A DNA stretch of 43,964 nt from Octopus bimaculoides (GCF_001194135.2 NC_068988.1:66895845-66939808); one strand, 5' to 3'; counted from the first letter of the stretch, positions 10,511-22,769 are shown. Numbers and translations: made by a program. Notes: generated by a model not told the origin, from the letters alone.

Positions 10511-11083
10511 CAGGGAGTTTAAATATCCAAATAGTAACATTTATGAGATGAGCAGAAGAAAATATGACTTATGCTAGTTTAATTTGATTTTGATAAAAGT
10601 ACAGGTGATAATTCCTGACGCGTTTCGGTTTTATTAAATCTTCTCAGCCATTGATTACTCTCTGTACATGCCATATTAGTGATAAGGGAATTCGTTATAT
10701 TGATGTACTCCAAACAGCTGGCAAGCAAGGAGAAGTTTATGATTAGCTGAAACATGTCTAGTATTTTCTCCCGTATTTGTTAAAATCTCATTAAATTATT
10801 AGCTAAGGCGGTGTGTAGGACTACGTTATTTAATATCCTCTAAGCCAATACTTTCTCCACCTTATTGTATAAGACTAATCGGTTTTTTTATTGTTGACTG
10901 TTAGTTATCATGCAGATTGTATCTATGGGTATTGCTCATTAGTCGAAGTGATATAAAAATGGCAAAAAGAAGGTGAATAACAGAAATATTTTAGAAAAGA
11001 AATGAAAGAAACATTGAGATTTACACAAATGAAGTTGTAGAAATAAAGATAGAAACTCGAAAATGGGAAATATTGTAACTCAC

Positions 11084-11188
11084 TTGTAAACTACCCTTCG
11101 GACAGTATTCAGTAAGAATTGATTGGTTTGGTAAATCTAAGCAAACTCCAACAAAACGTACAATATGATCGTTGATGGCATCCTTAAT
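11084..11188 (-). CDS. Internal exon of a receptor-type (membrane) guanylyl cyclase, kinase-homology domain (NPR-A/NPR-B-like)
   Basis: Minus strand reads ttttctctatttctttcag|ATTAAGGAT...AGTTTACAA|gtgagt: long pyrimidine tract, CAG acceptor, strong donor. 105 nt, phase 0-0, encoding [35 protein letters not shown], which matches the receptor guanylyl cyclase KHD segment (human NPR1 [35 protein letters not shown], recalled from memory). Orthology cannot be assigned from one exon. Confidence 0.87.
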
Positions 11189-12140
11189 CTGAAAGAAATA
11201 GAGAAAAGAAAGTGTTAGTTGTAAGAAAAGATAAAACGAAAACATATTTAAACGTTTTACTTGCTAACTCAAATAATATTACAATATTTTCTGATAGGAA
11301 AGTAAGAATAACATAACTAATGTAGTCAACAAACTAATTAACATAGAGGTGAGGTAAACATTATTAAACAATGGTTTCAGCAATCAAACAAAGACAAAGG
11401 TGACAATTATAAAGTGGCTACTAGTCAAAGGACGGCATTTTTGACGGTAAATCTCGTGTGCCTCCTCAAATATTGTGAAACCGGCATAGAGGCACGTGTG
11501 TTGCACACAATTCAGGCATGCGTTTTGGCCCTCTCATGTATTTTAAAGATTTCACTTAATGTCTCTGAAAGGATTGTCTCCAGCCTTTGATTGGATGGCA
11601 CAAACTACAGCACCCGGGTCTTCTCTGTGATGGACTGTAGTAGTTTTAGCGGAAAGTTTTATATTTAATGGAGGTTGTTTTTTGCATTCTGTTATTGGTC
11701 GTCACATAAGACCGACTTGTCTGTTGTTAGTTCTTTCAGTTATGTTGTCTGTTATGCTATGCTGTTTCGTGGCTACGTCATCACTTGCTTCCATCTTCTT
11801 TAATTTGTTTGGGTGTTCAATAATGTTTTTTTTAACATTCCTTTTGTTTGCTAGTTGTTTTGCTTTATTCAAAAAAATTTCTCTTTGGGGCGTATCCTGA
11901 AAAATATGCCATTTTTACCGTAACCCTTTTACTGAGGAAATTAGGTATAGCTACTCAAAATTTCACTACTTTTAATTATGGATAGCTGTTTAATATATCA
12001 ATCCGTCTTTTGTTGAGGAATATCATGCTTTAAACTATTTTTTACTGAGATATGCCAATTTTATTGAGACAACTTAATTTGCAGAAAATACCTGTTTATT
12101 TTTTCGTTGATATTTAATATTATTACTAGAATAATTATAA

Positions 12141-12351
12141 GGCGGCAAGTTGACAGAATCGATAGCACGTCGGACGAAATACTTAGTGGTTTTTTATCTA
12201 TCTTACATTCTGAGTTAAAATTCCGTCGTGGTCGACTTCGCCTTTCATCCCTTACGGGGTCAATAAATTGAATACAAGTTAAAAACTAAGGACGATGTAG
12301 TTGATTACTCTCCATCCCCATATTTCAGGCCTCGTGTCTATAGCAGAAAGG
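12141..12351 (+). mobile_element. SINE family A with an alternative tail and a 19-bp TSD
   Basis: Head ggcggcaagttgacagaatcg. Tail ggcctcgtgtctatagcagaaagg. Flanks attactagaataattataa (12122-12140) and attactagaataaccataa (12352-12370). Confidence 0.85.
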
Positions 12352-12399
12352 ATTACTAGAATAACCATAAAATTTAAATTAACAGTGAAAGAGTTAAGT

Positions 12400-12750
12400 C
12401 GATTAAATAGGACCAAGACTTGACTGACACATTATTTTATCGATTCGGGAAGGATAAAAAGTAAAGTTGAATGATATTTATTTTATCGACTATACTCCTC
12501 CCCTAAATACCTGACTTTTTGCCTATTTGAAATTAATGAAGGCAATGGTTGGGCAGGAATGTTAGAGCGACAGACAAATTACTTAGAGGTAATTCTCCCG
12601 ACTCTTCACTAATACTTTATTTTATCGACCCCGGGGGTATGGAAGGTAAATTTGGCCTCAGTGAGATTTGAAACTAGAACGCTAAAAGCTGGAACAATTA
12701 TCTAGGTAATTTTACCGTTGTGCTAAAATTTCTGCCAAATCATCGCCTTT
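12400..12750. mobile_element. Cluster of old SINE A fragments in both orientations
   Basis: The core motif ttattttatcga recurs three times. Head-like piece on + at about 12540-12605, and a minus-strand piece at about 12615-12750. Confidence 0.55.
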
Positions 12751-12755
12751 CTTAA

Positions 12756-12995
12756 CCCTTTCATTGCAAAATTAATTTCATGATTACTTCAGTAATAATA
12801 TCAAATCTCTATCTAAAGCATGGAATTGGTATTTTCTTCAATTTGCATTGCTTCAATAAACTCATCATATCTTAAAAGAAAATAGTTTCAAACATTGCAT
12901 TTCCTAACAAAAGTTATATTGGTATATAAAATTGCTTTCCACTGGTGCGAATGACGAAATTTTGAGGGAATATAAACATATTCCGTAGTAAAGGG
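12756..12995. mobile_element. Probable piggyBac-type MITE (TTAA-flanked, 240 bp)
   Basis: TTAA (12752-55) CCCTTT ... AAAGGG TTAA (12996-99). TTAA TSD with CCC/GGG termini is the piggyBac signature, but the TIR match beyond 6 bp is poor. Confidence 0.45.
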
Positions 12996-13049
12996 TTAAT
13001 TGTGAACAAGGAAATCAAGCTAGATATCTAGAGGAGGAGAGCAGTCAAT

Positions 13050-13200
13050 TACACTGAATCCAGTACTTGACTGTTACTTTGATTTATCGTTTCCAGAAGG
13101 AAGTAAGGTAAAATCTACCATATCATTTGAACTCACAAGATAAAAGAGCATAAAATTGAACAATGTAAATAATTCTGTGAATAATTCAACGATTTCAGCC
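13050..13200 (-). mobile_element. Highly diverged SINE A
   Basis: cagtacttgactgttactttgatttatcg...catttgaactcacaag...caacgatttcagcc follows the order of the reverse-complemented family A. Confidence 0.4.
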
Positions 13201-14774
13201 ATTTCCCTTTACGCGCCTATCTCTCATATTTAGACATTTAGCAATAAACCACGCCAGTACTTGTATAAAAGATCTTAATCTTTATAGAATATCTTTATTG
13301 AGTGTCTTCGTTTGTGTTTTATAATGCTTTTATTGAGTATCTTCCTAAATTAATGTCACTGACAAACAAACAAAATAAATAAACAACAATACCCATTAAA
13401 TAAAACACTTGCAAAATTAATTAACCTTATTTTCCAAACATTCGGTTTAATTATACTGTCAAAATTTCAGATTCTTCAACTTTCAACTTCCTATTCAAAT
13501 GACAGTAATTTATAATTAAAGGTATCTTGTTATGCAATATATTTGTAAAAAAAATAATAGTCTTCTAATTGCACGCTGTTTTCAAGATGCTACTTGTAAC
13601 GTTGAAAATAATAATTGGTATGAGACGATCGTGTAATGGATAATGTCGCTCGAGTATTTATAATAAAAATCAGAGAATAGAGTTGGTTAGAGGAAAGTAG
13701 GCTAGCGACAAAATACAGAAAAAAAAACATATAAACAAAATAAAAATGTCGAAGAAAATAACTCAACCAAATCGAATTGTTTTCATTGCTGATGACAAGT
13801 GTCATCGTTGAGATGGTAGGGTCACAGTAAAGCCTGTTTTAAGATGATATCAGGTTAGACCCGTCAAATAACCATTTCCTACTTGAAGATGAAATTGCAG
13901 CAAAAGTGTAAATGAAGATTAGCATAGAAGAACAACAACAAACGCAGATATAAACTGTAGAGATGTTATTTTTCTTCATAATTTCTAAAGATGCTTGTTT
14001 AAAGTTGCAGATTTTTTTTTGAAAAAGGAAGTACAGAAATATCTGCTTCTGCACGATCTGCTAGCTGCAACCATCGAATCACTAATTTGAAAAAGATCAC
14101 AATCTTAAAAAAAATGAAGGATACGTTGAATATTGTAAACTTGGATAGGCCATGTCTTAGAAATGACTGTGTTGCAATCTCTGGTAACGCTTTTTTTTTG
14201 TTGATTTGCACAGGCCATTGACAAAACAACAACAAAAACAACAGCAGCAGCAACAAAAGGACAACAAAAATAACCAGAACAACCTCATTGGTAGCAACAG
14301 TAACAGTGTAAAAAAAAAACAACAACAAACAAACAAGAAAAACAGCTACTGCAGAAACAACTTCAACAACTAAAACGAGAATCTATTTCACCAAATACTG
14401 CTTCACAATCCATGATGGAAAAATGAATCAACTGAGTGGATATGGTGTTACTATTTAATTAAAAGCAAATTGCACGTATTTCGTCTTAATTGACCAAATG
14501 GTAAGGAAGCTGTTTATATTTTTGTTGTAGATTTATGATCAAAGTAGTTCTATCTGTGACCGTCCCGTCTTAATTTAGACCTAATATAGTTAGGACTAAA
14601 GTACACTTCCTTTTTGAAGACACTAAGATGAAATTTAATGGAGATTCCGCTGCGATTTCTAGCATGGTCAAATGACGACCTTAAGGGCTTCTCCATTGTT
14701 CGCTTCTTGCTCAGTTTCCAGTGCTTAGTTCTGAGATCAACTACATAAATTATCAGAAGACAATAGACCTGCTA

Positions 14775-14963
14775 GAAGCAGCAGACAATTCTCATTAGCA
14801 CGCGGGTCAAAATACTTAGCAGTGTTTCGTCTATCTTTACATTCTCAGTTCAAAATTCGACCTTGCTTTCATCCTTACAGGATCGATAAAATAAGTACCA
14901 GTCGAGCACTGGGGACGATGCAATCGATGTGCTGGCCTTGAGTCAAATTTTGAAACCATTATT
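14775..14963 (+). mobile_element. SINE family A (small internal deletions)
   Basis: aaatacttagc...ctcagttcaaaattcg...atcgataaaataagtaccagtcgagcactgggg...gctggccttgagtcaaattttgaaacc. Confidence 0.75.
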
Positions 14964-15392
14964 TACAACTAAAAGTTGCATCGAATATAGATGACATGAT
15001 AATAAATTGCTATGTCGAACGCAAATTCTTTGAAAGTGAACATAAATAGGGAAGCGATAGAGGAGCCGCAGACAGTGGAAGACAGATCAAAGAGTCTTTG
15101 CATCAGCTGCACCTGAATTTTTGTTTCCGTTATCAGCGTTCTTTAAGGTCAAAATAAGCTTATACAACTTATATATATATATATATATATAAAGAATTAT
15201 TTAAAAAATGTGGAATATAATTCTGTAAACACAATATTTCGAGAAAAATGAAATGAATTTTTTCCCTTCTGCTCTTGCTTCAATTTCTTCTCCAAAAACA
15301 AAACAAACAAATAAACAAAGAAAAACAAGACAATAAAACAAACAAAAATAAATAAAAAAATCGTTGAACTACACAATCAATCAACAACGCAA

Positions 15393-15483
<91 letters not shown>
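15393..15483. repeat. Perfect (CTAT)n microsatellite
   Basis: Directly visible. Confidence 0.98.
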
Positions 15484-15587
15484 GATAACAGATAAATCTA
15501 TCTATCTATCTATTATTTATCTATTTTCATATATAATTATACAAGGCGGGCCAAAAATCACGCACCAAAACATTTCACATTTCATTT

Positions 15588-15685
15588 ATGCGAGCTGGCA
15601 GAATCGTTACCGCACCGGGCAAAATGCTAAGCGGCATTTCGTCCATCCTCACGTCCTGAATTCAAATTCCGTGGAGGTTGACTTC
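15588..15685 (+). mobile_element. SINE A 5' half, truncated into a CT repeat
   Basis: gcgagctggcagaatcgttaccgcaccgggcaaaatgctaagcggcatttcg...ctgaattcaaattccgtggaggttgact. Confidence 0.75.
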
Positions 15686-15808
15686 CCCCTCTCTCTCTCC
15701 ATATATATATATGTGTTTAACGTTGTATATGCTCTAAGTATGATATGCAGCTTGCTCTTTTGCACTGACAGCGCTTCTGTCACTCATATCAAACACACAC
15801 ACATGCAC

Positions 15809-15846
<38 letters not shown>

Positions 15847-16390
15847 ATATTATGTATGTAGGTAGCTAGAGCAATATCCCAGCTGTTCCCTCTAGAAGCC
15901 CATCTGCTTATTCCATTACTACAATCCAATATGTAGTTGCCGTCGTTGTACATATAGATGCATAGTACATATTAAAGTTGAAAATTCTGGAAGTATTTTT
16001 TGCAGAATTATTCTATAACAAAACATGAATTTCGAATATGTATTGATATTATTTATTCACCATTACAAATGTTTCATTTGCTACTAGAAATTATGAAGCT
16101 TTAGATGTTAGATAGACATGTCAGGAATTTTCTATTAGGAATTTTTCAGATAGAGAAATCATTTAGATGAAGCGTTTGTATTTACAAAGAAATCAGGAAC
16201 AGAATAGAGAGTTGGTGTGAAGGAGGGAAGAGCAAATTCGATACTACAGAAGGAAAGAATAGAGACTTATACGCATACATGCACACACACATACACACTA
16301 ACACACAGAAATATATACACACATATAATTATACGTATAACGGGTACGTATACAGAAGTAAACACGCACAGATTGATGTGGACATATACA

Positions 16391-16431
<41 letters not shown>

Positions 16432-18409
16432 NNNNNNNNNNNNNNNNNNNNNNNNNNNNNNNNNNNNNNNNNNNNNNNNNNNNNNNNNNNNNNNNNNNNN
16501 NNNNNNNNNNNNNNNNNNNNNNNNNNNNNNNNNNNNNNNNNNNNNNNNNNNNNNNNNNNNNNNNNNNNNNNNNNNNNNNNNNNNNNNNNNNNNNNNNNNN
16601 NNNNNNNNNNNNNNNNNNNNNNNNNNNNNNNNNNNNNNNNNNNNNNNNNNNNNNNNNNNNNNNNNNNNNNNNNNNNNNNNNNNNNNNNNNNNNNNNNNNN
16701 NNNNNNNNNNNNNNNNNNNNNNNNNNNNNNNNNNNNNNNNNNNNNNNNNNNNNNNNNNNNNNNNNNNNNNNNNNNNNNNNNNNNNNNNNNNNNNNNNNNN
16801 NNNNNNNNNNNNNNNNNNNNNNNNNNNNNNNNNNNNNNNNNNNNNNNNNNNNNNNNNNNNNNNNNNNNNNNNNNNNNNNNNNNNNNNNNNNNNNNNNNNN
16901 NNNNNNNNNNNNNNNNNNNNNNNNNNNNNNNNNNNNNNNNNNNNNNNNNNNNNNNNNNNNNNNNNNNNNNNNNNNNNNNNNNNNNNNNNNNNNNNNNNNN
17001 NNNNNNNNNNNNNNNNNNNNNNNNNNNNNNNNNNNNNNNNNNNNNNNNNNNNNNNNNNNNNNNNNNNNNNNNNNNNNNNNNNNNNNNNNNNNNNNNNNNN
17101 NNNNNNNNNNNNNNNNNNNNNNNNNNNNNNNNNNNNNNNNNNNNNNNNNNNNNNNNNNNNNNNNNNNNNNNNNNNNNNNNNNNNNNNNNNNNNNNNNNNN
17201 NNNNNNNNNNNNNNNNNNNNNNNNNNNNNNNNNNNNNNNNNNNNNNNNNNNNNNNNNNNNNNNNNNNNNNNNNNNNNNNNNNNNNNNNNNNNNNNNNNNN
17301 NNNNNNNNNNNNNNNNNNNNNNNNNNNNNNNNNNNNTATATATATATATATATGTACATATATATATGTGTGTGTGTGTTTGTGTGTGTGTGTTTGTGTG
17401 TGCATATATGTGCGCGCGTGCAACAAATACATGAAAAGTATCTCAACTAGAATGCACAATACACCTATTACACACAAAGTGTATTACATGAGTGAAATAA
17501 ATAGACCCTGTAGAACAGATAAATGCATAATCAAAAATCTATTGAAAGGAAATACAAAATGCGTCACCCCATGTTATAAACTGATATCCATTTACAACAC
17601 CCACAAGCATGTTTACACTAAAAGAAAATATAATTGTAAACTTTGCGACTCCGACTGTTACATCAGCCAGACAAGGCCAACACTTTTTCGTTGTTCACTA
17701 GGTATTTAAAACAAGTAGTTGTTATATATTACACTACACACTATAACGCAAAACTAGAAAGGAAAACATTAGCTGATAAAACTTTCATACTTTATATAAT
17801 TCCACTCAGAAATAGACGATTGATTATGAAAGTAATGCTCGTATAGCAACAAGAGTACAATTAACATACAACGTACATCTCCAGTGCGAATCCACAGACG
17901 TAGAACTCTAACACTCTTACGTTCAAATTCTGCCAGAAAAGTCCATACAAATATGAATGGTTTATATTAGAAATGAGAGCACAGAAATCAGAACTATTTC
18001 ACATACTGAAAACAAGGCTGAGATAACCTAAAAACATTGATAAAGCTGGATTTGGGAATTTATCGTTCTAAGTAAATTATAAGTGTATGATAAGCACATA
18101 CGAAAAGACTTTAATAAAAAGAGGTTAAATTAGAACACAGTTGTGCCTTCAATATAACATGTCTAAAAAGAAGCTGTTTACAATATATATAAACAGATTG
18201 CATACAGAAGCATATAACACACACTCACGCATACACACAAACGCATACATATACGCGTGCGCGCTCACACAGTCCCTCTTACATATACAACATGAGAACA
18301 GATCTAAAGTCTTGTACATGCTCAAGATATGACTTGCATGCGTTTTTGATTTAACTTGGAGTTACTTGAATCACTACCTTATATTCCCCATAGAAAGTCT
18401 AGGAAAATG

Positions 18410-18900
18410 GCCACCGTGCAAAAATTTAAAGCCATCTCACATCAACCAATCAAGATACAGTGTTTTAAAACCGAAAAAATGTCTGTAATAAAAATTTATT
18501 ACATAATGATCATTCCAAGAAGTTATTGTACATTGCTAATATTTCGTGTGGCATCCCTTAGCTTGAATAATTGCTTCAACGTGCTTGGAAAAAATGTGTA
18601 CAAATCTTTCACCATCTTCACTGGTATGAGATGCCATTCTTGTGGCTGAGCTCCCACAACTCTTCAAGATTGCTTAAATTCCTCTGACGAACTCTTCTCT
18701 TTAGTTCTGTCAACATTTGCACGATGATATTTAAGTTAGGGCTCTGAGCTGGCCAATCTTTCAATACGGTAGCACCTTCATCAGGCGGAATCTGTTGTGT
18801 TGCACGCGATCTGTGGCATGGCCCGTCAATGAGATGATCACACGCTACACACCTTCCTTCCAAGGATTGCTGTAAACAATGGAAGGGAGCTGGAACGTTA
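18410..18900 (-). mobile_element. Tc1-family transposase 3' fragment
   Basis: DGPCHRSRAT...VLKDWPAQSPNLN...ELKRRV, then in shifted frames EWHLIP and VEAIIQAKGCHTKY* (stop at 18536-38). This matches the Tc1 pattern DNAPCH...WPAQSPDLNPIE...AVIxAKGxxTKY. Confidence 0.85.
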
Positions 18901-21032
18901 AATCTTTGTGCGCATGCACAGCAGAGTTCAAGGTTAATCTGTGCCAAGCCAAGCGGCTTCACTCTGCATGCTTTAACTTCGTTACCATGGCAGCTGTCTG
19001 GATACTTATTTGTTAGACCACGTACGGTAACAAAACAAAGTACTTGAATTTTAGATTTTAACATTAGAAACTGATTACATTTAGAGTACACTAGCTATTT
19101 TCTTGAATTTGAACAGTTTAAATATTTGAAATATTCTTCTTCAAGAGACAAATCACTGATATTCCCCGAATGGCGGAAAAAATTATAGATTTCAAGTGTG
19201 ATCAAAAGAATACAGAATAGAGCGGTAGAAAGACAACAGGATCGATAAAATGAATACCAGTCAAGCACTGAGGTCGTCGATCCGAGTAGCTGATCTCTCC
19301 TGTATAGATGTGTGATTTCGTGCCATTGTCAATAGACATTATGTACCAAAGAATGGTAGGTACCACATGTGACTGCTGAGTTAAATGAGAGGAAATAGTT
19401 GATACAGGGTAATTGTGCACCAGAATCACGTTATATCAAAGACGTTAATCAACCGGAAATCAATCAACAGATTTTCAGACCAAGGGGAATAAAAAGCAAC
19501 ATTCGTAGTTACAATACTTGAGACAAATATCTTTGTGCCCGCTTTTCTATTTACATTTGTGAATCCAGCGTTGTTTGGGCAATTTATCCTCATTCATTCT
19601 TCTTAGAAGCAAAAAAATGTCCCAACGTTTTTACCCACTTTGAAACATTATTGCATTTTTAGAGTAGGTTTTGATAAATCTATACTACATTGAGTTCAAA
19701 TTCTGCTTTCTCACATTCGTAGCAGAATGCAATGTATTAGGTATTTGGTTAACAGTGGTAGTTTCCTAATATCAAGTACAATGAAGAGAGTGCACATTGC
19801 ACCGAAGCCGGATAAATGTTCGGAGAGAAAGAATACATGTTAAGGTATGACTCTAAGGCTCTCAGGTATGTAAATTTCTATGTTTAAGAGAAATAGATGG
19901 AATGATGCTGTCTAGACTACATCGAAAACTGGGCAACATTCGAGTGATTGATTTCAGCTCAACCTCTGGCGCTAGTCATGTAGTCTCCTAAATTTGACTA
20001 TTATGTCATCGTTGTTATAAAATCTTGTGCATCTTTGATCTAGCTAGCTTCATGCTCACTTCCTCGTAGATTTACTCAACATCACTAGTCTATTTTCCTC
20101 CTCGTCACCCGCACTGTTTGTACTACCAGTCTCTCGTTAATCTGCTCCAATAAGTCCTTTCATTCTAGAACGTTAACCCAATTGACTTTCTACTTGATCT
20201 TGTTTCTCCTGCAAATACTAAAACTGAACCCCAAATGCTAAAACTGAACAGCATTTACCATCACACCACTCTCGATCCATCTGAGGGAAGGGTTTTTACG
20301 GAGTCACTCAATTTTCTAGAAATAGCAACCAAATCTCCTTTAAATAAAATCCTTTCCTCCTACAAAAACGGATTATGTTTTCTGTCATGTACTTGTAAAA
20401 GCCTGCAAGGTTATAGTCGAAATGATCTTAATGATGGATCTTCTCGATCAGGGTTGATCTGCGAGCTAAATAACAGCAACAATAACAATAACAACAGTAC
20501 CACTCTCGACATGGCGGCCAGCAAAACCAGAACACAAATGGATTTTGATTCATAATCTCAGCCACTATAATAAAGATTAATATAAAGACCTGATGAAGAA
20601 AGAACTCATTTGGAGATGTTTCTGATCACTACAGTCACATGACCTGACAGAAATAATAGTCAAACCATTCTTTAAAAGGGAGTCTTTAAAATTAAGCCAC
20701 GTCATATCTTTTATTAGAGTATAATGATTTTCGATTTAATATACTCGATTTTTAACGGCAGTAAAGATTGCAAGGAGGTTTTGCTGTTATTTCTAAGTTA
20801 TCATGTTCAGCTACACTCGTTAGTTTGTGAATACTTATGTATGTATGTATGCATGTATGTATGTATGTATGTATGTATGTATGTATGTGTATATATATAT
20901 ATANNNNNNNNNNNNNNNNNNNNNNNNNNNNNNNNNNNNNNNNNNNNNNNNNNNNNNNNNNNNNNNNNNNNNNNNNNNNNNNNNNNNNNNNNNNNNNNNN
21001 NNNNNNNNNNNNNNNNNNNNNNNNNNNNNNNN

Positions 21033-21090
<58 letters not shown>

Positions 21091-21763
21091 CTTTAAATCT
21101 TTAAATTTCGATAATGTTGGTCATTTAGTTCTGAAGAGATGTTTGTTTACCATTTCAATGCTATTATATTTTGATTAACAGATATTTCATTATGGAATAC
21201 TGACATCTATTATTATTTGATTGAAACTGTTCTCACATGTTTAACTTCAGATTTCCATTCATGCTCTTTCCCCCAAAGCTATCCGAAATGTGCGAGCGAA
21301 TATTTCCCATTATTCTTTTTTAACAAAATATTTCTCTCAAGACTAAAATATATTCGTCAACTCCTCCTTTCAATTGGAAACTTTAAGACGTTACGTGAAA
21401 TAATACATTTTTTTTTTGTTTTCCTTCAACTGCTTTTTGCTCATCTATCATATTTTCACATCTTTCTAATGTTTTATAGTTCTGGCGCCAAAACCACGCC
21501 TCATGCTCGCGGCTCTAAGACATTCAAGAAGATACAGATCAATGTACTGGAATTATATTGTAAACTAAACTAATTTTACTTTAGTTTTTTTTTATTGAGG
21601 TTATTTATGATTTCATTTGCTTGTGACTTGGTGATTTATCGTAGTTTTTAATCAACTAGAGTTGTTGGAATTGACGTTTGTAACAGATATCTTGGCTCAA
21701 ACAGAGGATGGAATCTTGAATATAGAGAGAATGAACCAGAAATACATAGAGAGATAAATATAG

Positions 21764-21814
<51 letters not shown>

Positions 21815-22480
21815 ACGCTAGTTGTTGTAAGCTTCATTAATCAGTGAGGTCAGTAGTAACCAGATTTTATCTCCAGTAAACTGAACTACTAGCATACAAC
21901 GACGGAGATCTTATGTAGACAAACATGTAGACTCTTATGTAGACATTGCTGGTAATAACAGCTAAATAACAGCCTATCATAAATTAACGTCTTATAAATG
22001 GAAGGACACATCAAGTGCAAATCCAGCCAAACTTTCACTTCATATTTCACCAGGTCAAGATCAATATAATAGGGAGAAATTGTTGTTTGAAGCTAGGTTT
22101 GTTAAGAACGAGCAGACCTACGATCAAAGTATCGTCATCCGTGCAGAGATTGAATGAGCTATCAGGGAAAAAGCTTGATCCTTGTCAAACTGAATTTTGT
22201 AATAAAACGCACGCACCTCTCCACACACGGATATGCTTTATATCAGCTTTATATTTGTCTTATAACTGAACACTGATCTTGATGATCGATTACTATGTAC
22301 CAAACAGCATTACTCTCGTATAAACACATCGCAACTAACACCAAATACATATTCTCCAAATGATCACAGAAGCAAAATAAGAACTTGAAGTATGTTAGGT
22401 TAGCATTGTTTTGTTTTACTTACTTAGGATAGCGAGGGACCTTATGTTGTTTTTTCTTTTAGTCTTTAGAAGCGTATATA

Positions 22481-22603
22481 ATGTATGTATGTATGTATGT
22501 ATGTATGTATGTATGTATGTATGTATGTATGTATGTATGCATGCATGCATGTATGTATGTATGTATATATGCATGTATGCATGTATCTATCTATCTATCT
22601 ATG

Positions 22604-22675
<72 letters not shown>

Positions 22676-22676
22676 A
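22481..22676. repeat. Compound (TATG)n to (TGCA) to (TATC)n microsatellite
   Basis: Directly visible. Similar arrays at 20837-20903, 25200-25310, 25412-25522, 26910-27020, 29650-29800, 39225-39345 and 42870-43150. Confidence 0.95.
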
Positions 22677-22769
22677 GTCTATATGTTACATATATGCAGG
22701 TTTGGTAGAAGAGGAAAAAATAGAACTCAATACACGAGCATATCAATTTTTTAATATTTTAATCACGTA

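Noticed and set aside
11262-11291. Possible mini-exon NIVILFELA just upstream of the confirmed exon, resembling KVLFELK
   Set aside because: The only donor (gtaaaa) is weak and phase 1, which is incompatible with the phase-0 acceptor at 11188.
11400-11860. GC-richer stretch that might be a Penelope or LINE remnant
   Set aside because: No motif I could identify in any frame. It needs a repeat-library search.
13999-14328. Hydrophobic ORF that could be the transmembrane exon of the cyclase
   Set aside because: The hydrophobic run comes from a CAA/CAG repeat read on the minus strand, with no convincing splice sites or homology.
15195-15292. KKLKQEQKGKNSFHFSRNIVFTEL, faintly like the KRIELTRKVLFEL exon
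   Set aside because: GAG acceptor, no donor before the stop codon, and no VAxK motif.
15540-15570. TA-CAAGGCGGGCCAAAAATCAC, resembling a Tc1/mariner TIR
   Set aside because: Single end with no partner TIR or transposase sequence nearby.
18755-18785. CTGATGA...GAAA on the minus strand (hammerhead-like); also CTGACGA...GAAA at 35175-35198
   Set aside because: Stems II and III do not form, and the first lies within Tc1 transposase codons.
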